In this document: positions 6,548 to 15,530 of the stretch, piece after piece
How the letters are laid out: each line of letters begins with the position of its first letter
Position numbering within the stretch: the stretch's first letter is position 1
DNA from: Nitrososphaera sp.
Lineage (GTDB): Archaea; Thermoproteota; EX4484-205; JAAOZO01
Assembly: GCA_039793485.1 (NCBI GenBank)
Contig: JBAMLO010000035.1
Span: 9,506-35,953, forward strand
Direction: 5' to 3'
DNA: 26,448 nucleotides
Translations under genes and position numbers: made by a program
The notes under the pieces: model-generated
Databases searched by the model: none
What the model was told of the DNA's origin: nothing
Seen by the model: only the letters and a program-made list of their open reading frames with translations

Positions 6548-7726
6548 TTAAAGCAGTAAGAGTAAGAAGCTAATAAAGTTGATTGCCGAACCAAAAACGA
6601 ATGGTACCCAATGGCCATAGTTCCAAAGGGCTCCAGATATGAAAGGACCAAGAGAGCCAGCAAGCATAGTGAAAGAGTCAAGCACTCCAACTGCAGTTGC
6701 AAAATTCTCTTCTGAAACATCCTGCATTATTAGTCTTCTTGCTGGCATATCCATTGCACCTACAACACCTTGAAGTATCATAACTATAACAGCCAAGAAA
6801 AAAGAATTTATGAACGGATAGACCCACCAAATTAAGGAAGAAAGAAAGACGTGTGATAGAAGAATAATTTTCCCACCAACCCTGTCAGAAAGTCTTCCAA
6901 AGGGTATTTGAAATATTGCATTTCCAATGCTCCATATTGCAAGTAGGAGTCCAATTGTTGCATCGTCAAAATTTTGGTCTAGACGGGCAACCAACGGAAT
7001 GAAGGTGTACGAAGTTAAAAATCCTATAGTATGAAACGACAAAGCTATCGAGAGCTTCCTCACCGAAGAATTCTTTATGAAGAAGTCTAACCCTTTTTTA
7101 AAGTCGTCTAAAGTGAAGAGAATGAAATTGTTTTTTGCAGAACTGTTAGATTTACGAACAACGTAAGTTACTATGACCAATGAAAAAAAGGAAAGAGCAC
7201 CACCAGCTATAAACAATGATTTATAACCAAAGCTTTGTGCCATGATTCCGGAAAGGGTTTGGCCGATAACCTGAGAAGTCATGGTAAACGCATAGTACCA
7301 ACCAAATGCTAACGCAACCTTTCCTTTTGAAGAAGCTTTCGACACATACGAGGAAACAGATGGTCCATAGATAGCTGTTCCTATCCACAACAGGACAACA
7401 AGTATAGAAAAAAGAATAGGGTTTGAAACTAAGTACATAAGAAAAAGGGAGACGCTGCATAAAGAAAAGCTCCAAACAATAGGTAATCTATAACCAAGCT
7501 TGTCAGCTATAACACCACTTGGAAGAGTTAGCAGAGCAAATGCAAGCCTAGCTATAGTAACGACCAATCCAACCATGAAAGCATCAAGCCCCAGTTGACT
7601 AAGATAAAGAACTAACAAAGAAGTAGATAAATTAAAACCCAGAACAAGTAAACTAACTGAAAAACTTACTAAGACTAGATTTCTAGTTAGACCTAGGTCC
7701 CTAAGATTCAAGCTCGGAAGAACCAA
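6548..7726 (-). CDS. Major facilitator superfamily (MFS) transporter
   Basis: About 12 predicted TM helices. Loop motifs 'GVIADKLGYR' and 'GRLSDRVGGK' resemble the MFS signature G-x-L-a-D-r-x-G-r-k-x-x-l (loops 2-3 and 8-9). The start is TTG at 7726 or the TTG 15 nt downstream; the first ATG would truncate TM1. A TATA 'TTTTATA' lies ~20 nt upstream. Confidence 0.75.
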   Translation of the reverse strand: MVLPSLNLRDLGLTRNLVLVSFSVSLLVLGFNLSTSLLVLYLSQLGLDAFMVGLVVTIARLAFALLTLPSGVIADKLGYRLPIVWSFSLCSVSLFLMYLVSNPILFSILVVLLWIGTAIYGPSVSSYVSKASSKGKVALAFGWYYAFTMTSQVIGQTLSGIMAQSFGYKSLFIAGGALSFFSLVIVTYVVRKSNSSAKNNFILFTLDDFKKGLDFFIKNSSVRKLSIALSFHTIGFLTSYTFIPLVARLDQNFDDATIGLLLAIWSIGNAIFQIPFGRLSDRVGGKIILLSHVFLSSLIWWVYPFINSFFLAVIVMILQGVVGAMDMPARRLIMQDVSEENFATAVGVLDSFTMLAGSLGPFISGALWNYGHWVPFVFGSAINFISFLLLLL

Positions 7727-7946
7727 AGGTCTTTTCTTAGTATAAAAATATTGTGTTACAAGCTCAAACCTTTTATCACAAATTTCTTAAAACAAAAGGA
7801 AGAATTGTGAAGGAGTAATTGAAGAAAACTATATTTGTTATTGCTATAAGAAGCAAATCTATCTACAGTGTTACTATAAGTTGACTTGAAACTTAGATGT
7901 GAAGAGTTAAAGACTTATAAAGTTGTTAAGCTAACAAAATAGTATA

Positions 7947-9185
7947 ATGCAGGAATTAGCAATTCATGGTGGAAAGAAAACTAGAACGAAGCCATTTCCA
8001 AATAAAAGAGACATAGGAATAGAAGAGCTAAAGGAAGTAGCAGAAGTTATATGGTCTGGTCAACTTAATAGAGTAGGGGGAACGAAAGTTTTGAATTTTG
8101 AAAAAGAATTTGCGAAACTATATGGTGTTGAATATGCTGTGGCTTCTACTTCCGGAACTGCTTCGATTCATGTAGCACTTGGAGCATTAAATCTTGACCC
8201 TGGTTCTGAGGTAATAACTGGGCCAATAAGCGATATGGGTTCAATAATACCAATCCTGTATCAGGGCCTGATTCCTATTTTTGCCGATGTTGATCCTAAA
8301 ACCTATGCTTTAGATCCTGAAGATGTTGAAAGAAAGATAAGTGAAAAAACAAAAGCAATCATGGCAATTCATTTGTTTGGTCTTGCAGATAAGTTGGAAG
8401 AGTTGAAAAAGATTGCAAGGGAATACAACTTATACCTCATTGAAGATACGTCGCAGGCTCACCTGGCAGAGTATAAAGGTAAGCTTGCAGGTACGATTGG
8501 AGATATTGGGTGCTTTAGTTTGCAACAGTCGAAGCAAATGACAACAGGCGATGGAGGTATGACCATATTTAAGGATAAAGAACTTTATGAGAGGGGTTCG
8601 TTGTTTGCAGATAAGGCTTGGCCAAGGAGCGGAAAGTTAGCCGACAGAGGATACCTTTTTCTAGCAATGAACTACAGAATGACAGAACTTCAAGGAGCAG
8701 TAGGACTAGCTCAAGTAAAGAAGATTAGAAACGTAGTTGAGAGAAGAAGAAAAATGGGAGAAAAACTAGTGAAGATGATAGAGGAAGAGGTTGAGGGAGT
8801 AATACCTCCTTATATACCAAGTTATTGCAAACATTCTTTTTGGCTTTTTCCGATAACGTTGGATGAAGAAAAAATAAAGATAGCTCCAGAAATTTTCAAC
8901 GAAGCACTAAATGCAGAAGGCATACCTTCTAGCTTTGGGTACATAAAGAAGCCACTTTATCTTTATCCCGTGTTAAAGGAAAAAATTACGTTTGGAAAGT
9001 CTCATTACCCATTTGATTTACCGGAAGCAAGAAAAGTAGAATATAAAGAAGGTGATTGCCCAAATGCAGAGAAATTGTTGAAAAAAGTTATCACAATACC
9101 AATAAATGAGTTTTATGAAGATGAAGACATTGAAGACATAATTAAAGCTTTAAAGAAAGTTTCAAACTACTACACCAAAAAATGA
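7947..9185 (+). CDS. DegT/DnrJ/EryC1/StrS-family PLP-dependent (sugar) aminotransferase
   Basis: Fold-type I aminotransferase motifs 'GSEVITGPISDMGS' and 'EDTSQAHLAEYKGKLAGTIGDIGCFSLQQSKQMTTGDGGMTIF' (catalytic Lys in S-K-Q-M). TATA 'TTATAAAG' at 7906-7913. Confidence 0.8.
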   Translation: MQELAIHGGKKTRTKPFPNKRDIGIEELKEVAEVIWSGQLNRVGGTKVLNFEKEFAKLYGVEYAVASTSGTASIHVALGALNLDPGSEVITGPISDMGSIIPILYQGLIPIFADVDPKTYALDPEDVERKISEKTKAIMAIHLFGLADKLEELKKIAREYNLYLIEDTSQAHLAEYKGKLAGTIGDIGCFSLQQSKQMTTGDGGMTIFKDKELYERGSLFADKAWPRSGKLADRGYLFLAMNYRMTELQGAVGLAQVKKIRNVVERRRKMGEKLVKMIEEEVEGVIPPYIPSYCKHSFWLFPITLDEEKIKIAPEIFNEALNAEGIPSSFGYIKKPLYLYPVLKEKITFGKSHYPFDLPEARKVEYKEGDCPNAEKLLKKVITIPINEFYEDEDIEDIIKALKKVSNYYTKK

Positions 9186-9219
9186 GTTGAAGTTAGAAGC
9201 TCTTACTGCAGAAGATAAC

Positions 9220-10050
9220 TTAGTCTTTGAAGCTTTCCCTTATCAATTCAATCGATTTCCTTACTCCTAAAAATGGATCTTCTCTTCCTTCAAATTCTAT
9301 AGATATGTATCCTTTGTAGTTTACTTCTCTTAATATTTCGTAAATTTTTCTATAGTCTATGTCTAAAGTATACCAAACGCCCCCTCCAAAGTAAGTCTTT
9401 GCATGAACTAAGACTGAATACTTTGCGATTTTCCTTAAGCTTTCGTACGTATCTTCTATGAAGTTACCAGTATCCATAAGAGCTCTCAAGTACTTTGAAT
9501 TTAATGAACTTATTATTTTTACTAGATTTTCTGGACTTCTGGTTAGTCCCCAGTGATTTTCAAGAGCTAAAACAATTCCATATTCTTCAGCAACCTTTAA
9601 CAGCTCTTCGATAGAACTTACAACCCAATCAAACGCATCTTTCTCTGAATAACCTTCTATTGGTGGCTCAATGCCCTTGTTTTTCATGAACTCATCAAAG
9701 CTTTTTATCGTCATCCATCTACCAGAATTTATTCTTATAGCTGGAGCTCCCAAGTGATATGCCAGCTCTAAGGACTTTTTTGTTTTTTCGATTTCTTTCT
9801 CTCTAACCTCTTTGCTTGGAGAAACAAAGTTTTGATGGGTAGCGACACAGTAAATATCTAAGCCAAGTTCCAATGCTTTTGTTTTTATTGAGTTCAGGTA
9901 GTCTGTATCCCTTGATTCAAGTTGAACCTCAAGTATCTCGACACCACTTAACTCAAGTTTATGAGCTTGTTCCATAACGTACTCAATTGGAGTTTTAACT
10001 TCAGAAAAATGCCAAAACGAATACGTTGAAGTTCCAATCCTTAAGTTCAT
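9220..10050 (-). CDS. Sugar-phosphate isomerase/epimerase (xylose-isomerase-like TIM barrel, AP-endonuclease-2 superfamily)
   Basis: The ORF track extends to 10134. The start is better placed at the ATG at 10050 ('MNLRIGTSTYSFW', the canonical N-terminus of this family), with TATA 'TTAAATATA' centred ~-28. Motifs 'HLGAPAIRINSG' and 'LALENHWGLT'. Confidence 0.7.
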   Translation of the reverse strand: MNLRIGTSTYSFWHFSEVKTPIEYVMEQAHKLELSGVEILEVQLESRDTDYLNSIKTKALELGLDIYCVATHQNFVSPSKEVREKEIEKTKKSLELAYHLGAPAIRINSGRWMTIKSFDEFMKNKGIEPPIEGYSEKDAFDWVVSSIEELLKVAEEYGIVLALENHWGLTRSPENLVKIISSLNSKYLRALMDTGNFIEDTYESLRKIAKYSVLVHAKTYFGGGVWYTLDIDYRKIYEILREVNYKGYISIEFEGREDPFLGVRKSIELIRESFKD

Positions 10051-10156
10051 TTTAAAACAGTTGAAGCTAAAGCTATATTTAAGGTTTTTGAGATGTACGC
10101 TATGTCGTTGGAGGAAAAACTTATTAATGTACAAATTCTAAAAATTAGAAGAAAAA

Positions 10157-11644
10157 ATGACAAAGTTTCCTAAGGGATTCATGTGGGGAATTTCGATGGC
10201 AGCATTTCAGTATGAAATGGGGTATTCAAAGGAAGCTGTAGATCCAAACAGCGACTGGTACCTATGGCTACATAATGAAGAGAACAAAAAAAGAGGAATA
10301 GTTAGTGGAGATATTCCAGAAATGGGACCAGGATACTGGGACCTCTACAAAGCAGACCACGACTGGGCTGAGTGGCTAGGTCTAAATGCTTGGAGGATGA
10401 ATCCAGAGTGGAGCAGAATATTTCCTAAATCAACAGAAGAGGTTAAAGTTAATGTGGAATCCAAAGAAGGAGATATTATCGATGTAGAAATTACAGAGAA
10501 AGACCTTAAGAAACTTGATGCTATAGCAAATCAAAAGGCAGTAAAGAAATACAAGGAAATTTTTAAAGACATAAACAAAAGGGGAATAAAACTAATAATA
10601 AACTTGTATCACTGGCCGTTGCCAATATGGATCCACGACCCAATAAGGGTTAGGGATTCAAACTTAAAAGAAGGCCCAAAAGGATGGTTAGAAGAAAGAG
10701 CAGTAGTAGAATTCGCTAAGTTTGCAGCTTATGTTGCATGGAAGTATGAAGACTATGCTTACATGTGGAGTACAATGAATGAACCAAACGTAACTTGGAG
10801 CATCGGATACCTTGGGGGTAATTTTCCACCTGGCATTAATTCAATAGAAGCTGCAACAAAAGCAGCCTACAACATTGCTCAAGCCCATGCTAGAGCTTAT
10901 GACCAAATAAAAAGAGTAATCGGTAAAAAAGCAAAGGTTGGGGTAATATATGCAACAACACCTTCTGAACCATTAACCAATTCTGAAAAAGACATTGAAG
11001 CAGCAAAAATTTCAGATGAAGTTTCAACAAAGTGGTTCTTTAATGCAATAATAGATGGAGTAATTTCAAAGAATTTTGTTGGAGAAAAGATTAAGAGAGA
11101 AGACATGAAAGGAAAGGTAGATTGGATAGGAGTGAACTACTACTCTAGAAGCGTCGTTAGATCAAAACAGGAACCTCCAGGCTTTGAAGGTGTTGGTGGC
11201 TATGGTTTTAGTTGTGGCAACATGGAAAGGTCTAACGCAGGTTTACCAGTTTCAGAATTTGGTTGGGAAATTTATCCAGAAGGAATAAGAAAGGCTTTAA
11301 ACCTGTATAAAGAGTACGAAAAACCACTTATGATAACTGAGAATGGAGTGGCAGATAAAAAGGATAGGCATAGAACATGGTATATTGTTTCCCATCTTTA
11401 TCAAGTAGGTAAGGCCATAGAAGAAGATGGATTAAAAGTTATAGGATACTTACACTGGAGTTTAATAGATAACTTGGAATGGGCTTCAGGGTTTAGCAAG
11501 AGGTTTGGGTTAATATACGTTGATATGAGTACTAAGAGAAGAGTTCCAAGACCTAGCGCATACTTGTACAGGGACATCGTTACCTCGAATGAGATACCAG
11601 AGTACCTTCTGGAGTATAGCAAGTTTCCAAACTTTATTACTTAA
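10157..11644 (+). CDS. lacS: GH1 beta-glycosidase (LacS/CelB-type beta-glucosidase/galactosidase)
   Basis: Very strong family match along the whole length. 'FPKGFMWGISMAAFQYEMG', 'NLYHWPLPIWIHDPIRVR' and 'MWSTMNEPNV' contain the acid/base Glu. 'ITENGVAD' contains the nucleophile Glu. 'YLHWSLIDNLEWASGFSKRFGLIYVD' is also present. Resembles Sulfolobus LacS and Pyrococcus CelB. Confidence 0.9.
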   Translation: MTKFPKGFMWGISMAAFQYEMGYSKEAVDPNSDWYLWLHNEENKKRGIVSGDIPEMGPGYWDLYKADHDWAEWLGLNAWRMNPEWSRIFPKSTEEVKVNVESKEGDIIDVEITEKDLKKLDAIANQKAVKKYKEIFKDINKRGIKLIINLYHWPLPIWIHDPIRVRDSNLKEGPKGWLEERAVVEFAKFAAYVAWKYEDYAYMWSTMNEPNVTWSIGYLGGNFPPGINSIEAATKAAYNIAQAHARAYDQIKRVIGKKAKVGVIYATTPSEPLTNSEKDIEAAKISDEVSTKWFFNAIIDGVISKNFVGEKIKREDMKGKVDWIGVNYYSRSVVRSKQEPPGFEGVGGYGFSCGNMERSNAGLPVSEFGWEIYPEGIRKALNLYKEYEKPLMITENGVADKKDRHRTWYIVSHLYQVGKAIEEDGLKVIGYLHWSLIDNLEWASGFSKRFGLIYVDMSTKRRVPRPSAYLYRDIVTSNEIPEYLLEYSKFPNFIT

Positions 11645-11733
11645 CATAGAAAAGTAACAAACAACAAATTAAAGCTTTTTATTAGTTAAGTGTGTTAATT
11701 TGGGTTATGGGTACTTAGGAATAAGAATTTAGA

Positions 11734-13212
11734 TTAGATGTCTAAGTAAAGGTAAAATTCATAGGGGTGCGGGAGCGATGAGACTTGCTTATATTGAGAC
11801 ATTTCAAGTTCAACTAGAGCATCGATTAGGTCGTCAGTAAATATTGGTTTTAAGAAATCTGAGTCACTTTTTAATGCTTCAACAGCTTCCTTTAGACTTG
11901 TTGGAAGCTCTTTTATTCCAAGCTGTTTCTTTCTTTCTGGAGTTATAGAGTAAATGTTTTCATCTACTGGGTCTCCTGGGTCAATCTTCTTCTTTATGCC
12001 ATCTAGCCCTGCAGCTACTATGCTTGCAAAGCAAAGGTAAGGATTGCATGAAGGGTCGGGAGTTCTGAATTCAACTCTTTTCTTGCTAGCATTCTTTTCT
12101 CCTTTTTCGTAAACTGGAATTCTAACATTTGCAGACCTATTACTCTTGCTCCAAGCTATGTAAATTGGAGCCTCATAACCAGCTACAAGCCTTCTGTAAG
12201 AGTTAGTGGTTGGAGCAACTATTGCCGAAAGTGCACGACTGTGCTCAAGCAAGCCACCAACAAAGTACCTTCCAAGCTGACTAAGCTCAGCATATTCATC
12301 TGAAGCATCAAAGAAAAGGTTTGAAAGTTGAACTGTTTCCAAAGATGGAGTTGGATCTGATAAATCTTTTCCCCACAAACTAACATGTACATGCATGCCG
12401 CTACCATTATCACCATAAATTGGCTTTGGTAAGAAAGTTGCAACTTGATTTCTTCTGTACGCTACGTTCTTCGCAACATACTTTAAAGTTACAACGTTAT
12501 CAGCCATCTTAGTTAAAGTATCGCGCACCATATCAACTTCGCATTGCCCTGCAGTAGCTACTTCGTGATGGTGAGCCTCGCAAGGTATGCTAAAGTAGTT
12601 CTCCAAAGTGATAACGACTTCGTTTCTGTAATCCATTAATGTATCCTGAGGAGGCACTGGGAAGTAACCTTCCTTGAACCTAATTAAGTAGCCACCATCT
12701 TCTCTCGACCATGGCGCCTCCTTCGAAGTTATTGAATAGGATTGCCCTTTGAATGGAGAAAGAACATCCAAAGATACCTTGTCAAATACAAAGAATTCAA
12801 CCTCTGGACCCCAATACGAGGTATCAAAGCCTAAACTTCTTACGTAGTCTTCTGCCCTTTGAGCTACGTATCTAGGATCTCTTGAAAAATTTCCTTTTCC
12901 AAAACCCATATCAACGTTACATATTAAACGAGCAACTTTGTAGTTGCCATCGTACCATGGAACAATGGAGAAAGTGCCTAAGTCAGGCACTAAAACCATA
13001 TCGGACTCATGAATTTCTGTAAAGCCTCTTATTGAAGAACCATCAAGCTTTGGAATGCCTTCTACTAAGCTTTCTTGCGACAAGTTGGAGGTTGAGATTG
13101 TAACATGCTGAAGCCTTCCAGGAAGGTCCGTAAATTGAAGGTCCAAGAACCTAACGTTCTCTTTTTTTATTTTTTCAAGGACTTTTGCGCTTAGCTCTTC
13201 GTCCTGTAGCAT
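11734..13212 (-). CDS. glnA: Glutamine synthetase (type I)
   Basis: GS beta-grasp and catalytic domains ('DGSSIRGF', 'NGSGMHVHVSLW', 'SYRRLVAGYEAP', 'NRSANVRIP'). The ORF track starts at TTG 13224. The ATG at 13212 ('MLQDEEL...') is preferred because TATA 'TTTAAATA' (13234-13241) is centred ~-26 from it. Confidence 0.9.
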   Translation of the reverse strand: MLQDEELSAKVLEKIKKENVRFLDLQFTDLPGRLQHVTISTSNLSQESLVEGIPKLDGSSIRGFTEIHESDMVLVPDLGTFSIVPWYDGNYKVARLICNVDMGFGKGNFSRDPRYVAQRAEDYVRSLGFDTSYWGPEVEFFVFDKVSLDVLSPFKGQSYSITSKEAPWSREDGGYLIRFKEGYFPVPPQDTLMDYRNEVVITLENYFSIPCEAHHHEVATAGQCEVDMVRDTLTKMADNVVTLKYVAKNVAYRRNQVATFLPKPIYGDNGSGMHVHVSLWGKDLSDPTPSLETVQLSNLFFDASDEYAELSQLGRYFVGGLLEHSRALSAIVAPTTNSYRRLVAGYEAPIYIAWSKSNRSANVRIPVYEKGEKNASKKRVEFRTPDPSCNPYLCFASIVAAGLDGIKKKIDPGDPVDENIYSITPERKKQLGIKELPTSLKEAVEALKSDSDFLKPIFTDDLIDALVELEMSQYKQVSSLPHPYEFYLYLDI

Positions 13213-13318
13213 GCCAACAAACAAATATACCCATATTTAAATCTTTTGCTCATAAGTACCGTAAATTTGAAATTATTTGTACAATTGTGCATAAAAAGCA
13301 ATTTTTTCTTTACAATTT

Positions 13319-13774
13319 TCATAAAGCAATGTTCATGCTCTCCTTTATTGGCGTTAAAACCACGTGAGTATTTGTCCTTACTACGTTTGGTAGAGAAAGT
13401 AAAGACTTAGTGAACTTACTTAATTCTTCTGTTGACTTAAACTTACTTATGACTACGACGTCGTTTTCTCCAGTTATGTCGTAAACGATAAAAGTGTTCG
13501 GTATGCTTGCTATTTGACTCTCGACTTCAAGCAACTTCCCTCCAGAAACTGTTATTTCAGTAACTGCGGTCACGGAATAACCCAGCTTCCTGTAGTCTAC
13601 CTCAATTGTATAGCTTTTTATAACACCCATTTTCTCAAGTTTCTTTGTCCTTGCTAACACTGTACCAGCAGAAACCTTAAGTTTCTCTGCTACTTTTCTA
13701 AATGAAACTCTTGAATCTCTCATATACTCTCTTAGTATTTGAATGTCAAGGTCATCTACTTTTTCTTCGCTCAC
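13319..13774 (-). CDS. Lrp/AsnC-family transcriptional regulator (HTH + RAM domain)
   Basis: 'DLDIQILREYMRDSRVSFRKVAEKLKVSAGTVLARTKKLEKMGVIKSYT' is an AsnC-type HTH, followed by a C-terminal RAM/ACT-like domain. GTG start at 13774, with no upstream in-frame ATG. Immediately upstream of glnA on the same strand. Confidence 0.85.
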   Translation of the reverse strand: MSEEKVDDLDIQILREYMRDSRVSFRKVAEKLKVSAGTVLARTKKLEKMGVIKSYTIEVDYRKLGYSVTAVTEITVSGGKLLEVESQIASIPNTFIVYDITGENDVVVISKFKSTEELSKFTKSLLSLPNVVRTNTHVVLTPIKESMNIAL

Positions 13775-14065
13775 AATTTTTTATTCCTTAATTGGACTTA
13801 AAAAGCTTTATTTCCGAATAAAACTTAAGGCTTTTTGTAAATCATTTAATGCTACGAAAGTAGTAGACTGAAGGTACCTTTCTTTGCCCATAAAATCTAT
13901 TCTTTTGGCCCATATCGAGACTCGAAATCCTCCATAAGCTTTTGCAAAATAAAGAATTTTAGCTTTCAAGATTCAACCTTCTCAGTTATTTGAGTCAAAA
14001 TATGTATACAGTTTCAGAATTACTTTATAGATTTTAAAAGTAAGCTAAGGAACAAAAACGGTTAG

Positions 14066-15391
14066 TTATGTTAAGGCTCTGCCTCTAATTGTTTTTGCTA
14101 TACTCATTAATTCTTCTGGGCCAAGCTCCTCATAAGAGCCTGGGACCTTTGGAGGTTTTTTAGTTGCGCTTATGAGCCCAGCTCTCGGAATTCCAAGGGA
14201 ATGAATTAGTTCTATAGATTTTTTAGCTTCGTTCTCATCAATTTCTTCTATCTTTACTTCGTATCCTATTATTGGCGTTTTACCTTCCGAATCTAGGATT
14301 ACTATGTCGATATCTCCTTTTCCGTCTGGCAATATGGTATAACTTCTTTGTCCTCCTAGGTACTCAGCGAGCATTTCTCCCAAACTAAACTGAAACTCCC
14401 TGCTAAGAACACTTAAAACTAAGTTTTGATCAACTTTTCTATAAGCTGCTTCAGTGATGCTTAGTTTTTGATCAAGATAGTAAACTATTGACAGCAAGGG
14501 AGACCTATGCTTAAAGTAATGTCTTGAGCCTCTAGTCTTCCATAATGTAATTTTTTCTAAAATTCCCATTCCGGCCAATCTTTCAAGTAGTCCAGTTACA
14601 GTAGGGAGACCTCCTGAAATTAAGTTGTTAGAAGTTAGAATTCCTGAAATTTCTGTTGACTTCCATAAACCTTCTCCAACAAGCCTAATAACAGCATCGT
14701 AAACTCTAGTTAGTGCTCTTTCTTCCTCTTCGAAAACCTCTCCAATTAGCCCTGAAGCGGATATGAGAAAGTAGTAAGCCTTATCGCGAATCTCAGAAAC
14801 CACATCTCTATCAAGAGAAACCATTGGAATTACCCAAGGATCACGAATTATTAATCCCCAAAGCAAAGCATCCTTTAAAGAAGAGCAGATATCTCTAAGA
14901 GAAAGAATGGCGTCGGAATAGCTTATTAAGTCCATCTTAAATGGAGTAAGCAAACCAAGCAGTGGACTTTTCTTTTCAAAAACTCTTTTTAAAATTCCAA
15001 AGCTTGAGCCACTTACAATCAGCTTTCCATTTGGATGCTGCAAAGCTATAGCTTCCCAGTAGCTATCTGGAAGTCTTTGAAACTCGTCTAGTATGACAAC
15101 TTCTTTTGATTTTAGCAGTTTACCAATAAGCCCAATTGCTTCTTCGAGACCAATATAAGAAAGTTCATTCTTGTTTTTAACCACAACTCCACCAGATCTC
15201 GTTATTACGAAATAGCGAGATTGAGTAAATACTCTTCTTAGCAAAAATGTTTTCCCAGTTTTTCGTCTTCCATAAACTAGTATCCAGCCTTTCATACGCT
15301 TTATAGCTTCTTCTTCTCTTCTACTTACCACAATCCCTTCGCCTGCTTTATTTGTATTCTTTATGGAATATTCCACAAAGAATATTCTCAT
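14066..15391 (-). CDS. Archaeal ATPase (Arch_ATPase/PF01637-like AAA+ with C-terminal DUF234-like domain)
   Basis: Walker A 'GRRKTGKTFLLRR', Walker B 'VVILDEFQRL' and the long C-terminal winged-helix-like extension typical of this archaeal family. ATG at 15391. Confidence 0.7.
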   Translation of the reverse strand: MRIFFVEYSIKNTNKAGEGIVVSRREEEAIKRMKGWILVYGRRKTGKTFLLRRVFTQSRYFVITRSGGVVVKNKNELSYIGLEEAIGLIGKLLKSKEVVILDEFQRLPDSYWEAIALQHPNGKLIVSGSSFGILKRVFEKKSPLLGLLTPFKMDLISYSDAILSLRDICSSLKDALLWGLIIRDPWVIPMVSLDRDVVSEIRDKAYYFLISASGLIGEVFEEEERALTRVYDAVIRLVGEGLWKSTEISGILTSNNLISGGLPTVTGLLERLAGMGILEKITLWKTRGSRHYFKHRSPLLSIVYYLDQKLSITEAAYRKVDQNLVLSVLSREFQFSLGEMLAEYLGGQRSYTILPDGKGDIDIVILDSEGKTPIIGYEVKIEEIDENEAKKSIELIHSLGIPRAGLISATKKPPKVPGSYEELGPEELMSIAKTIRGRALT

Positions 15392-15530
15392 AAGTTTTTC
15401 TAATTTTATAGTTTACGGATGCCATTCTTTAAGCTTCTAAATGAAACTTAGCTAATTCTCGTTGACCTTGTTTACTATTTGCTGAATTGGCCCCAATAAG
15501 CATATTTTCTTAAAAAGATGAAACCTAAGC

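Noticed and set aside
9220-10134. N-terminally extended starts from the ORF track for the TIM-barrel gene (10134), glnA (TTG 13224) and the Gfo/Idh/MocA gene (23081).
   Set aside because: The ORF track takes the first ATG/TTG/GTG after a stop. Internal ATGs at 10050, 13212 and 23069 fit the TATA spacing or SD and the conserved family N-termini better. Coordinates in the feature table were adjusted accordingly.
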